The translations under genes and the position numbers were made by a program. From a virus, in IMG/VR virus record IMGVR_UViG_3300049718_000055, positions 24,633 to 88,632 of that record: DNA of 64,000 bases; one strand, 5' to 3'. Of this stretch, positions 19,210 to 26,873 are shown piece by piece. The notes below the pieces were generated by a model that worked only from the letters and a program-made list of their open reading frames with translations, ran no database searches and was not told where the DNA came from. Numbering within the stretch: position 1 is the stretch's first letter; the number at the start of each line of letters is the position of its first letter.

Positions 19210-19995
19210 CTACGCATTGATGATGTAGGCCGCGGTTCCAACGGCACTATTCAAATAGCCGCTGGCCGTTGCGATAGCCTTGATTGTCTCGCTTCCATAT
19301 ACTCCGATAGCGCCCGTGTACAGAGTGGATGAAGTCGTCGGCGTGCTCCCATCGGTAGTGTAGTAAATCACCGCCCCCGGCGTCGTGCAACTAATCGCCA
19401 CCGACTGCACTGTTGTATAAGACCCCGCCGCCGGCAAGAACGTCGGCGTTGCTGCCGTTAATCCGATAGTGAACAATGCGGTCGCTACCGCGCTGGTGTT
19501 GAAACCCGTTGCCGTCGCTATCGCCTTAACTGTCTCAGTGGACGTAATGGTGATTGGGGCGCTGTACAAAGTTGAAGACGTGGTTGGTGTCGATCCGTCA
19601 GTGGTGTAATAAATGGACGCTCCCGGTGATGAGCAACTGATCGCCACCGCTTGTCCTGAAGCGTAATTTCCCGCTGACGGAGAAAACGATGGTGTGGCCG
19701 CAGGATTGAGTGCAGGTCCGCTGATTGCCGCCCCCGCCAGAGATGTAAGTGAATTGGTCAACGTCTGATTCGCTCCGTTATACGCCGTGTGCTGTGATGC
19801 AATCCAAGAGGTCACCTGAGCGATACTGCTGTTGAATTGGATGATGAACTGAGAGGCGTCTAGGCCGTAGTTGCGGGTAGGCCCGAGCCATGTACTTACC
19901 CCGTCCGTAGTCGAGGAATGCACCCGTACAGTGATGTGACCGCTTGCTTGATCTACTTGAACACTGTCAACAATGATTGATGTGGTATTTGCCAC
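19210..19995 (-). CDS. Virion protein with two chitobiase/Fn3-associated domains
   Basis: Two AATPxFxP..IYYTTDGSTPTTSS..KAIATA repeats. Confidence 0.85.
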   Translation of the reverse strand: MANTTSIIVDSVQVDQASGHITVRVHSSTTDGVSTWLGPTRNYGLDASQFIIQFNSSIAQVTSWIASQHTAYNGANQTLTNSLTSLAGAAISGPALNPAATPSFSPSAGNYASGQAVAISCSSPGASIYYTTDGSTPTTSSTLYSAPITITSTETVKAIATATGFNTSAVATALFTIGLTAATPTFLPAAGSYTTVQSVAISCTTPGAVIYYTTDGSTPTTSSTLYTGAIGVYGSETIKAIATASGYLNSAVGTAAYIINA

Positions 19996-20004
19996 TTCAC
20001 CCTC

Positions 20005-21189
20005 CTAGAAAAATACACCCGCGGTCGGAGAACCCACTATCGGAGATCCGCCGCCTCCACTCAATGACACCTGCCCACCAGAGTTCGTCAACACCACCAC
20101 AGCAACTATTTGGTTCCCATCAAAATTTACCTGAAGCCTATTTTGTGCAGTATCGCCAGAATACGGCCCCGAAAGAATGACAATTCGGCTTCCCTTTTTG
20201 ACGCTGTAGTACCACACGTTCCCTACTTCAACGCTTCCCCCAGACCCGCTAACGGTTCCCAGGGAGGCTTGATAGGTGAACGTATACGGCGGAGTTGCTG
20301 AACTGATCGGATATGAGCCATTGAACCCCGCAGGGGATACTCCGGCAATCGTCATCGAACTTTGAGCCGTGAGCCCCGTGGCTACATAGGTAACCACCGT
20401 CACAAGGTTTCCCACACTGGAGATTGAATGGATTCCATACGAGGTAGGAAGGGAAAGGGTATCCGTCCTTCCGTACAAATAGGTTTTACTTCCATCGGCA
20501 AAAGTGAAGGGGCTGGCCGGAATGGTTACCGTCACGCTTCCGGCATTTGTTATTGCAGCCACTAGGAAATAGGCGCTTCCAACCGAGCCGGACTGAGTGG
20601 GATAAACCTTGTCCCCAATCGCATAATTCAACCCTCCAAAAACACTTCCCCCTGTGACCACCCCGCCAGCCGCCGTAATCGCAGCCAAAGCCCCCGTGCC
20701 GCTTCCCGAAGTGGTCGTAGGCAGGTTGGAAGCATTGCTGTACCCAGAAGTTCCGCCAGCCCCCAGAGAAGACGAAGTGATTACCCCGCCCGAGATAGAG
20801 TTCGTTGTCAGCGGAATGATGTTGTTGGCGTTTGGGGGAGTTGACATAAGATCGTTCAACCAGGAGCTTTGCTGCTCCCTCTGTGAATTTGAATTTATCA
20901 TCCGATACGTGTCGAGAGAGTTTCCGCTGTTTGCCTGAAGCTGCGGCTTCAAAGCGGCAGCACTGTACGAAGTCTTCGCCGCCCCGCTCGTCAACGCATC
21001 ACTATCCGAGGTCGGCGCCGCAACATTCTTGATATTATTGCCACCGAGGTTGAGATGATTGCTCAACTCGACTTCCCCATTATGACCGCCAAGAGTGTTC
21101 ACGTTGTCAATCAGTTGGCTCATCAATTGGCTCTCTGGAAGAGACAGGGAGGAAAAGTTTATCTTTCCGAGTTTGGAAGACTTCGGCAT
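20005..21189 (-). CDS. Tail/structural protein
   Basis: Gly/Ser/Thr beta-rich; NIKNVAAPTSDSDA neck-like motif. Confidence 0.6.
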   Translation of the reverse strand: MPKSSKLGKINFSSLSLPESQLMSQLIDNVNTLGGHNGEVELSNHLNLGGNNIKNVAAPTSDSDALTSGAAKTSYSAAALKPQLQANSGNSLDTYRMINSNSQREQQSSWLNDLMSTPPNANNIIPLTTNSISGGVITSSSLGAGGTSGYSNASNLPTTTSGSGTGALAAITAAGGVVTGGSVFGGLNYAIGDKVYPTQSGSVGSAYFLVAAITNAGSVTVTIPASPFTFADGSKTYLYGRTDTLSLPTSYGIHSISSVGNLVTVVTYVATGLTAQSSMTIAGVSPAGFNGSYPISSATPPYTFTYQASLGTVSGSGGSVEVGNVWYYSVKKGSRIVILSGPYSGDTAQNRLQVNFDGNQIVAVVVLTNSGGQVSLSGGGGSPIVGSPTAGVFF

Positions 21190-21470
21190 TATCCAGCTAC
21201 CTCTACTAGTTTTCCGTGCTGTTCCCACGGCGTAACGACATCATCAGGAACAGGACCAAAACACCTTCCTTCGTTCTTGCATTCCGATATTCCCGATCTT
21301 GACATTCTAGAATCAGGTTTTCCGTGAAAGATATGACGCTTCCCGTCAGTCTTTGAAATCTTCGGAATCCAATACTGTTCGCACCCCCAGCAGTATCCGT
21401 CAACCTGAAACCTTGGAAATTCGGATTGGATCGTCTCTGGCATGGAATCAGTATACCCCAATGTAGGCAT
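21189..21470 (-). CDS. Hypothetical Cys-containing protein
   Basis: CWGC; stop coupled to next start. Confidence 0.5.
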   Translation of the reverse strand: MPTLGYTDSMPETIQSEFPRFQVDGYCWGCEQYWIPKISKTDGKRHIFHGKPDSRMSRSGISECKNEGRCFGPVPDDVVTPWEQHGKLVEVAG

Positions 21471-21500
21471 AAACAGAAAAGCCTCTTCCGAAGAAGAGGC
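21471..21500 (-). terminator. Intrinsic terminator
   Basis: GCCTCTTC-TTCG-GAAGAGGC followed by TTTTCTGTTT. Confidence 0.75.
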
Positions 21501-21521
21501 CCGTCTGCGGATAGGGGAAGC

Positions 21522-22031
21522 CTAAGCCGGGGTTGTAAATTGCACTGCCACGCTTTGCGTGAGTTGGGCCGGCGGAACGACAGCGTTCGTGGTGATTGTG
21601 AACGCCTGAGTCCAGGTCGAAACCACGCCGTCATTATCAGTGACCGTGGCAGCAGCCGTTCCAGTGACAGCGCCGGCCGAGGCCGCTACGCCGGTAACAG
21701 TGGCGGTCAAGCCGTCAGCATTGAGAACCACGGTCGCGGACGGGTCCGAGAACGTGTACGAGACGGCAGAGAGTACGCCGCCAGAGAGGGTGACGCCATC
21801 GGCCAAAAGGGGCTGAATGGACGCCTGCGAAGTTTGACCAACATTGAGGGTCAAAGCATTGTTTGCCATGGGTGAGTCTCCTGTGAAACGAACTTCGATT
21901 GAGTAGGTTGCGAGTTTGGGTTTGAGTTCACGGCGAATCTCTCTGAGCAACCGCTCAATCCGATGTCTTGCATAGAGCGTTGCCCATTGACATTCTAAAA
22001 TTTCACGTAATTGTTCGAGTGGATTCTCCAA
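21522..22031 (-). CDS. Ig-like domain protein (two in-frame starts, 22031 and 21869)
   Basis: LTLNVGQT..SDPSATV..DGLTATVTGVA Big_2-like domain; RBS before both starts. Confidence 0.65.
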   Translation of the reverse strand: MENPLEQLREILECQWATLYARHRIERLLREIRRELKPKLATYSIEVRFTGDSPMANNALTLNVGQTSQASIQPLLADGVTLSGGVLSAVSYTFSDPSATVVLNADGLTATVTGVAASAGAVTGTAAATVTDNDGVVSTWTQAFTITTNAVVPPAQLTQSVAVQFTTPA

Positions 22032-22096
22032 ATGGTCCCTCCACCAATCTCTTAACTACACTATACCACTACATTTTGAATCTGTGGTGAGCAATA

Positions 22097-22180
22097 TGGA
22101 GCGGGGGACGGGATTTGAACCCGCGTGTCTCTCGACGGCAGCTTGGAAGGCTGCTGACCTACCAGTTGGTCATCCCCCGC
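22097..22180 (-). tRNA. tRNA-Gly(TCC), long variable arm
   Basis: GCAGC-CT TCC AA-GCTGC; TCCA end. Confidence 0.9.
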
Positions 22181-22185
22181 AAACT

Positions 22186-22259
22186 TGGTGCTCCCCGCAG
22201 AAATCGAATCCGCATTGGCCGATAATCGGTCGGCTTTCCTACCATTGGAAGAGAGGAGC
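22186..22259 (-). tRNA. tRNA-Ile(GAT), C33/T37
   Basis: GCCGA-CC GAT TA-TCGGC. Confidence 0.85.
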
Positions 22260-22260
22260 A

Positions 22261-22334
22261 TGGGGCCGGGAGCGAGAATCGAACTCGCGCCTCATCCGTA
22301 CCAGGGATGCAGTCTCCCACTAAAATATCCCGGC
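22261..22334 (-). tRNA. tRNA-Thr(GGT)
   Basis: CATCC-CT GGT AC-GGATG. Confidence 0.9.
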
Positions 22335-22340
22335 TCTACT

Positions 22341-22418
22341 TGGTGCGGATGGCAGGACTCGAACCTGCGGTAATTCTTCTTTGTAGGAGAAGCGGCGTCG
22401 CCACTGGCCCACATCCGC
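22341..22418 (-). tRNA. tRNA-Val(TAC), C33
   Basis: CTTCT-CC TAC AA-AGAAG. Confidence 0.85.
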
Positions 22419-22423
22419 AAAAC

Positions 22424-22501
22424 TGGTACTCCCGGTTGGACTCGAACCAACATCAATCCACTTACGGACACTCGCTTCGGAGGCGAGACCGATACGGGAG
22501 C
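22424..22501 (-). tRNA. tRNA-Arg(CCG), no canonical D-arm
   Basis: CTCGC-CT CCG AA-GCGAG; 7-nt connector. Confidence 0.85.
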
Positions 22502-22506
22502 ATAAC

Positions 22507-22583
22507 TGGGGCCGCTGGCCGGAATCGAACCGGCGTCATCCAACTACTCTTGCCGGTTTAGGAAACCGGAGAGATACAGCGGC
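22507..22583 (-). tRNA. tRNA-Arg(CCT), no canonical D-arm
   Basis: CCGGT-TT CCT AA-ACCGG; 7-nt connector. Confidence 0.85.
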
Positions 22584-22587
22584 AAAC

Positions 22588-22664
22588 TGGCGCTCCCGGC
22601 AGGAGTCGAACCCGCGTCATCCGTCTACGGCCTCCTGTTTAGAAGACAGTGCCGATACGGGAGC
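22588..22664 (-). tRNA. tRNA-Arg(TCT), no canonical D-arm
   Basis: CTGT-CT TCT AA-ACAG; 7-nt connector. Confidence 0.85.
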
Positions 22665-22666
22665 AT

Positions 22667-22752
22667 TGGTGGAGCCGGTGGGACTCGAACCCACATTGGG
22701 TTACCCCGCTGATTAAAAGTCAGGTCTCTGCATCCAATTCGAGTACGACTCC
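22667..22752 (-). tRNA. tRNA-Lys(TTT), long variable arm
   Basis: CTGA-CT TTT AA-TCAG; V hairpin GGG-TAA-CCC. Confidence 0.9.
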
Positions 22753-22758
22753 GAAACT

Positions 22759-22833
22759 TGGTGGGTCGCCGGGGAATCGAACCCCGCTCTTTCGATTAAG
22801 AGTCGAGTGCATCGCCGACAATGCTTGCAACCC
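22759..22833 (-). tRNA. tRNA-Lys(CTT)
   Basis: TCGA-CT CTT AA-TCGA. Confidence 0.9.
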
Positions 22834-22836
22834 ACA

Positions 22837-22930
22837 TGGTAGGGGATGAAGGTGTCGAACCTTCCCGTTGCGCTAATCTGGCGCTCTCCAGAGTTTATAA
22901 GACTCCGCCGCACGGCCGATGCTATCCCCC
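22837..22930 (-). tRNA. tRNA-Ile(TAT), long variable arm
   Basis: GGAGT-CT TAT AA-ACTCT; V hairpin GCGC-CAGATTA-GCGC. Confidence 0.85.
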
Positions 22931-22936
22931 AAAACT

Positions 22937-23008
22937 TGGTGCCGCGCCTGAAAATCGAATTCAGCAAACAGGGTTATGAATCCTGCGTTCTCTCCAGAGA
23001 TGCGCGGC
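22937..23008 (-). tRNA. tRNA-Met/Ile2(CAT), small D-arm
   Basis: CAGGA-TT CAT AA-CCCTG. Confidence 0.8.
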
Positions 23009-23009
23009 T

Positions 23010-23083
23010 TGGCAGGGGATACAGGACTCGAACCCGTAAATTCCGCTCTGGAGGCGGACGTTTTTCCATTAGACTAATCCCCT
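23010..23083 (-). tRNA. tRNA-Trp(CCA)
   Basis: TCCGC-CT CCA GA-GCGGA. Confidence 0.92.
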
Positions 23084-23095
23084 ATGTCAAAGAGC

Positions 23096-23121
23096 ATAAA
23101 AAACCCGCTCCTGAGAGCGGG
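23096..23121 (-). terminator. Attenuator terminator, operon 1
   Basis: CCCGCTC-TCAG-GAGCGGG-TTTTTT, upstream of tRNA-Trp. Confidence 0.9.
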
Positions 23122-23148
23122 CCTGTCGCAACAAAAACGCAGCAGACC

Positions 23149-23220
23149 CTAAAACACGACTCCCCAAATGACCCGCTTCCCGGTCATTCTGGTTATCACG
23201 TGTTTGGTCCTGATCTGCAT
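23149..23220 (-). CDS. Leader peptide 1 MQIRTKHVITRMTGKRVIWGVVF
   Basis: AGGTGG RBS; codons match all 12 downstream tRNAs. Confidence 0.85.
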   Translation of the reverse strand: MQIRTKHVITRMTGKRVIWGVVF

Positions 23221-23240
23221 GAATTCCCACCTGCAAGTAC

Positions 23241-23269
23241 AGCGTACATCAACTTTCCGTTTTGTGCAA
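23241..23269 (-). promoter_or_regulatory. Sigma70-like promoter P1
   Basis: TTGCAC-17-TACGCT. Confidence 0.75.
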
Positions 23270-23273
23270 CTGC

Positions 23274-24458
23274 TCAGTCCTTGTAAGGATCAAATTCACG
23301 GGCAGATGCCATAGCCACTCCGACCGGGGTCAACACGTGAAGAACTTTGATCGAATCTCCACACGCCGCAAGAACTCCGTCTAGCCGTTTGTAGCAGTCT
23401 GGAGATTCGTCTAACCCGGCGCCACGCAGTTCAATTCCGGCCTTCCTTACCCATCCATCCATCATCTCCTGAGTTACTCTTCCAGGGCGCTTGCACTCGC
23501 CTGTCTTGCGGTCGAAAGTCCCCTTCGCCTCCATGCGACCCATTGCACGGCCAGCGCCGTGAACGGTTGAGTAAAGGCTGTACTTGGCATCCTCGTTCTC
23601 CATGCCCTCCAAGATGACGGACTTCTCGCCCATCGTTCCTCCAACGAATCCCTTCTGTCCAGGGAACGCCGGAGTGGCTCCCTTGCGAACAACCCACAGC
23701 ATCTCACCACCATGCTCTTCCCGCCATGCGAAGTTGTGATGGTTGTGAACCTCTTCAATAGCCTTAGCTCCAAGAATCTTAATCACGCGGTCGCAGACCC
23801 AGTTCCTTCCTGCATAAGCGTACTCGCCGGCAAGAGACATAGCCTGTAGATATTCGCTGCCTAGTGCGCTGTCTACCGACAAGACACATGGCTCCACATC
23901 CATTCCGTCTTTTGCTCCTGCTGCTTTCAAAAACCACGTTGCAATCTTATGCCCGAGGCCGCGAGAACCGAAATGAACACCCACCCAAACGCGGTCTTCT
24001 TCGTCTGTAAAAAGATCTACATAATGGTTTCCAGAACCCAAAGTCCCAAGTTGCTGATGAGCCATTTCCTTGAGCGGGGAGGTCATTGAAAGACTCCAGG
24101 CATCATGCTCGAAAACCTGATCGTCTACACGCTCGTCGTCATTCTTTCTCCCAACCCCAAAACTGACTATATTCCATACGTCATCCATTATCGGCTTGAT
24201 GCTGCCACGCAACATCCAGCCTTCCATGTCGGTCAACACGGCCTTGTTTCCACAGCCGATGTCGTATCCCACTCCGGTTGGGCTGATGGAATTTCTATAA
24301 GCCACAACACCGCCAATGGGCACACCGTACCCAAGGTGGTTATCTGGCATCAATGCCACTTTGTCCGCGGTTTTCGCACAGGTCCGAATCTGGTTGAGAG
24401 TCTTTTCTTCAGCTTCCCCAAATACCGGTATAGTTCCATCTACTAACTGCATCCCCAT
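23274..24458 (-). CDS. rtcB: RNA ligase RtcB
   Basis: PDNHLGYGVPIG, VGYDIGCG, GTLGSGNHY, HNHHN, RKGAT, HGAGR, DESPDCYK; start revised to follow the GGAGG RBS. Confidence 0.97.
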   Translation of the reverse strand: MGMQLVDGTIPVFGEAEEKTLNQIRTCAKTADKVALMPDNHLGYGVPIGGVVAYRNSISPTGVGYDIGCGNKAVLTDMEGWMLRGSIKPIMDDVWNIVSFGVGRKNDDERVDDQVFEHDAWSLSMTSPLKEMAHQQLGTLGSGNHYVDLFTDEEDRVWVGVHFGSRGLGHKIATWFLKAAGAKDGMDVEPCVLSVDSALGSEYLQAMSLAGEYAYAGRNWVCDRVIKILGAKAIEEVHNHHNFAWREEHGGEMLWVVRKGATPAFPGQKGFVGGTMGEKSVILEGMENEDAKYSLYSTVHGAGRAMGRMEAKGTFDRKTGECKRPGRVTQEMMDGWVRKAGIELRGAGLDESPDCYKRLDGVLAACGDSIKVLHVLTPVGVAMASAREFDPYKD

Positions 24459-24473
24459 ACCCTCCTTTTTATT

Positions 24474-24548
24474 TGGTGAGCGCGGAGGGAATCGAACCCC
24501 CATCGTTGCGTTCGTAGCGCAGCACTCTATCCGTTGAGCTACGCGCCC
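24474..24548 (-). tRNA. tRNA-Arg(ACG)
   Basis: TGCG-CT ACG AA-CGCA; canonical D-arm with GGA. Confidence 0.92.
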
Positions 24549-24559
24549 ACATTCAAACT

Positions 24560-24633
24560 TGGTCTCCGAGGGCGGACTCGAACCGCCGACACCGCGCCCC
24601 GAACGCGGGATGTTTCCACTACACTACTCAGAG
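24560..24633 (-). tRNA. tRNA-Pro(CGG)
   Basis: CCGCG-TT CGG GG-CGCGG. Confidence 0.9.
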
Positions 24634-24634
24634 A

Positions 24635-24708
24635 TGGTCAGCGAGGGGAGAATTGAACTCCCACCACAAGTTCCCAAGACTTGGATGCAACCATTACACC
24701 ACTCACTG
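24635..24708 (-). tRNA. tRNA-Pro(TGG)
   Basis: CAAGT-CT TGG GA-ACTTG. Confidence 0.92.
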
Positions 24709-24717
24709 ATTAAAAGT

Positions 24718-24885
24718 TATGCGTGACGGAATCAAACCGTCTCCACCCGCTCCAATGCGGGAGTGCTATCCGTCCAGAGTCGTGTCGATCTTGAGCCGCT
24801 ACGTATCGCCCCAAAACGCATTCCACTGTACTGCCTTCGCTACGCTCCGTCGAGCTTCACTTTGGCTTCATTACACCAACGCATA
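24718..24885 (-). ncRNA. tRNA-like element with ~97-nt insertion in the D-loop, 6-nt anticodon loop, no CCA
   Basis: TATGCGT/ACGCATA acceptor, GTGT/GCAC D-stem, CCCGC-ATTGGA-GCGGG, GACGG-TTTGATT-CCGTC. Confidence 0.7.
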
Positions 24886-24887
24886 CT

Positions 24888-24963
24888 TGGTGCCGACTAC
24901 CCGTATCGAGCGGGTTTCCATCGCTCTTCAGGCGATTGCTATGACCTCATCAGCTAAGTCGGC
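24888..24963 (-). tRNA. tRNA-Phe(GAA)
   Basis: ATCGC-CT GAA GA-GCGAT. Confidence 0.9.
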
Positions 24964-24968
24964 AAAAC

Positions 24969-25044
24969 TGGTGGACCTAGAGGGGCTTGAGTCCTCGACC
25001 TCCCCGGTGCAAACGGGGTGCTACTCCATCTGAGCTATAGGCCC
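24969..25044 (-). tRNA. tRNA-Ala(TGC)
   Basis: CCCCG-TT TGC AC-CGGGG; G3:U70. Confidence 0.92.
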
Positions 25045-25052
25045 GTAAAACT

Positions 25053-25128
25053 TGGAGGGAAAGGTGGGAGTTGGACCCACTAGAACCTGTTCCACAGACA
25101 GGCGCCGCACCGTTTGGCTTCAGTCCCC
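25053..25128 (-). tRNA. tRNA-His(GTG)
   Basis: CCTGT-CT GTG GA-ACAGG; G-1 present; two acceptor mismatches. Confidence 0.85.
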
Positions 25129-25138
25129 ATAAAGCTGT

Positions 25139-25210
25139 TGGGGCCGGATGTGGGAATCTAACCCACCGCGCAGGCCGTACAAAGGGCTGCTGCTACTCAG
25201 AGCATCCGGC
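25139..25210 (-). tRNA. tRNA-Thr(TGT), atypical
   Basis: TT TGT AC loop, short D-arm, T-loop TTAGATT. Confidence 0.75.
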
Positions 25211-25759
25211 TCAGTTAAACGCATACCTCTTATCACCTTCGGAGTCCGTGAATAAAAACGGACCCCACTCATTTACCTCGGCGCCGAGAGACCTCAACAA
25301 AAATCGCGGCGTGTGAATCGACTGCGGCAGCGGCCGGCGAAGCAACTTCATTCCAGCTTCCTCCGGCGTCCGGTCGGCCTTGCGGTGATTATCTTTGGCG
25401 CAACATGAAACCAAGTTGCTCCACGATGGCGATCCTCCTCTTGACTTTGGAATTATGTGGTCAAGAGTTAGTTCGCTAGTCTTGAACCTTTCTCCGCAAT
25501 ACATACACCTTTCTCCGTCACGAAGAAAAATGTTCTTGCGGCTTACAACTTGAAGCCTAATTGGGACGTGGCGATAAGCGCGAAGCCTGATTACCGATGG
25601 AGCATAGATTCCAAGTCCGCGATGGATAAGTACATCGGTAGGAACCTCAACCAGAGCAACACCTTTCGTAATAAGAGTCAGAGCCTTCTTAACTGAAACT
25701 ATGCGAAGCGGCTCATACGATGCATTGAGAAGAAGTGTTGCGCTTTTTCCTATTGTCAT
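25211..25759 (-). CDS. HNH endonuclease (McrA-like, tRNA-array-associated type)
   Basis: LLLNASYEPL..PSVIRL..RDGERCMYCG..LTLDHIIPKSRGG..WSNLV..N. Confidence 0.93.
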   Translation of the reverse strand: MTIGKSATLLLNASYEPLRIVSVKKALTLITKGVALVEVPTDVLIHRGLGIYAPSVIRLRAYRHVPIRLQVVSRKNIFLRDGERCMYCGERFKTSELTLDHIIPKSRGGSPSWSNLVSCCAKDNHRKADRTPEEAGMKLLRRPLPQSIHTPRFLLRSLGAEVNEWGPFLFTDSEGDKRYAFN

Positions 25760-26531
25760 AGTCACCACGCTCCCAACGTTCTTTCAGTAAAGCAGACATC
25801 TTCGCCTTAGTTTCTTCCTTGTGCTTCATACCTTTGTTTCCAGGTACTCTGCCTTTCCTGATTGCCGACTGTTTAGCCCGTGTTTCTTCGGAAGCCTTTT
25901 TACCTGTCAGAGAGCGAGAAATCTTTGCTTTACTCTCTTCTGAAAGTTTCCTTCGTCTGTTCGCCGCAGAAATCTTCTCACTAAATCCCTGCGGTTTAGG
26001 TCTCCCCTTCAAAGCAGCAGATCGTTTTGCTTTTTCTTCCTCCGACATTGGGCCTAATTTCCGGCCCCTAAATGATGCCGACATACGCGCTTTGGTTTCT
26101 TCCGAACGCTTTGAACCAGTCCTAGATTTAATCATCTTGGCTATCGCCTCTGCTGTGTGTCTCAATCCCTTATGCACAGCAGATACTTTCGCTTTCATTT
26201 CGGCTGTTCTAACCGCTCCTGATCCTCCCTCGCCCCCATCTGTTCTATTTCTCAAGCATCCAGTTCCAAGGTTAATTCTCCCATGGAATTTTATTAGCTG
26301 CTTCTCCATGAAAAACGCTTCGTCCTCTGACAAATCTTTGGCAATAATTACAATCATCGATTTATCTTTTGGAGTACGTATCGCTTCAATAGGATTTTTC
26401 TTATAGGCTCTTAACCCGTGTCCTTTCCCTATGTAATAAGGAGAACCCGCTGGGCCGTGTTCGGAGGCAAAAGTCCTCACGTATTGGTATACGTAAAACC
26501 CAGAGATTACAGGTCTCCTATAGTTACTCAC
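25713..26531 (-). CDS. GIY-YIG homing endonuclease with NUMOD3 repeats
   Basis: FYVYQY..PYYIGKG..R..NRTDGGEG, repeated SEETKAKMS; start revised to GTG 26531 because a tRNA lies upstream. Confidence 0.88.
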   Translation of the reverse strand: MSNYRRPVISGFYVYQYVRTFASEHGPAGSPYYIGKGHGLRAYKKNPIEAIRTPKDKSMIVIIAKDLSEDEAFFMEKQLIKFHGRINLGTGCLRNRTDGGEGGSGAVRTAEMKAKVSAVHKGLRHTAEAIAKMIKSRTGSKRSEETKARMSASFRGRKLGPMSEEEKAKRSAALKGRPKPQGFSEKISAANRRRKLSEESKAKISRSLTGKKASEETRAKQSAIRKGRVPGNKGMKHKEETKAKMSALLKERWERGDYDNRKKRNTSSQCIV

Positions 26532-26555
26532 TGTCTTACTCTCTTTCCTTAAAAG

Positions 26556-26630
26556 TGGAGCCGGGTAGCGAAATCGAATCGCTGTCTGTGGGATACGAAT
26601 CCACTGCTCTGCCATCTGAGCTAACCCGAC
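26556..26630 (-). tRNA. tRNA-Thr(CGT)
   Basis: GTGGA-TT CGT AT-CCCAC. Confidence 0.9.
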
Positions 26631-26713
26631 TATGTTTTTCTGCTAACCTCTTCCACACTTCTCGGAGATCGGCATTCAAATGAAACCTGTGCGGCATGTC
26701 AACCTCCAAAATT

Positions 26714-26787
26714 TGGAGCGGTTTGCCGGATTTGAACCGGCGCTTTCGCCCTGGCAAGGCAACGTCTTACCACTCGACTAAAACCGC
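26714..26787 (-). tRNA. tRNA-Gly(GCC)
   Basis: TTGCC-TT GCC AG-GGCGA. Confidence 0.92.
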
Positions 26788-26792
26788 TTCAC

Positions 26793-26866
26793 TGGCTCCG
26801 AGAGTAGGAGTCGAACCTACACAGCGAGCTTCAAAGACTCGCGGCCTACCGTTAACCGATCTCGGA
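26793..26866 (-). tRNA. tRNA-Gln(TTG)
   Basis: CGAGT-CT TTG AA-GCTCG. Confidence 0.9.
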
Positions 26867-26873
26867 TCAAACT

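Noticed and set aside
22588-22664. Possible amber suppressor (CTA) reading of this tRNA
   Set aside because: Stem register CTGT/ACAG centres TCT; TAG is used as a stop in many genes, so there is no sign of recoding
22061-23286. ORF-track ORFs across the tRNA blocks (also 24719-25316 and 26696-28264)
   Set aside because: They overlap well-formed tRNAs and have no RBS or motifs
26536-26698. RBS-preceded ORF MPHRFHLN... running through tRNA-Thr(CGT)
   Set aside because: Overlaps a tRNA and has no linked terminator; cannot be supported as a gene or a fourth leader
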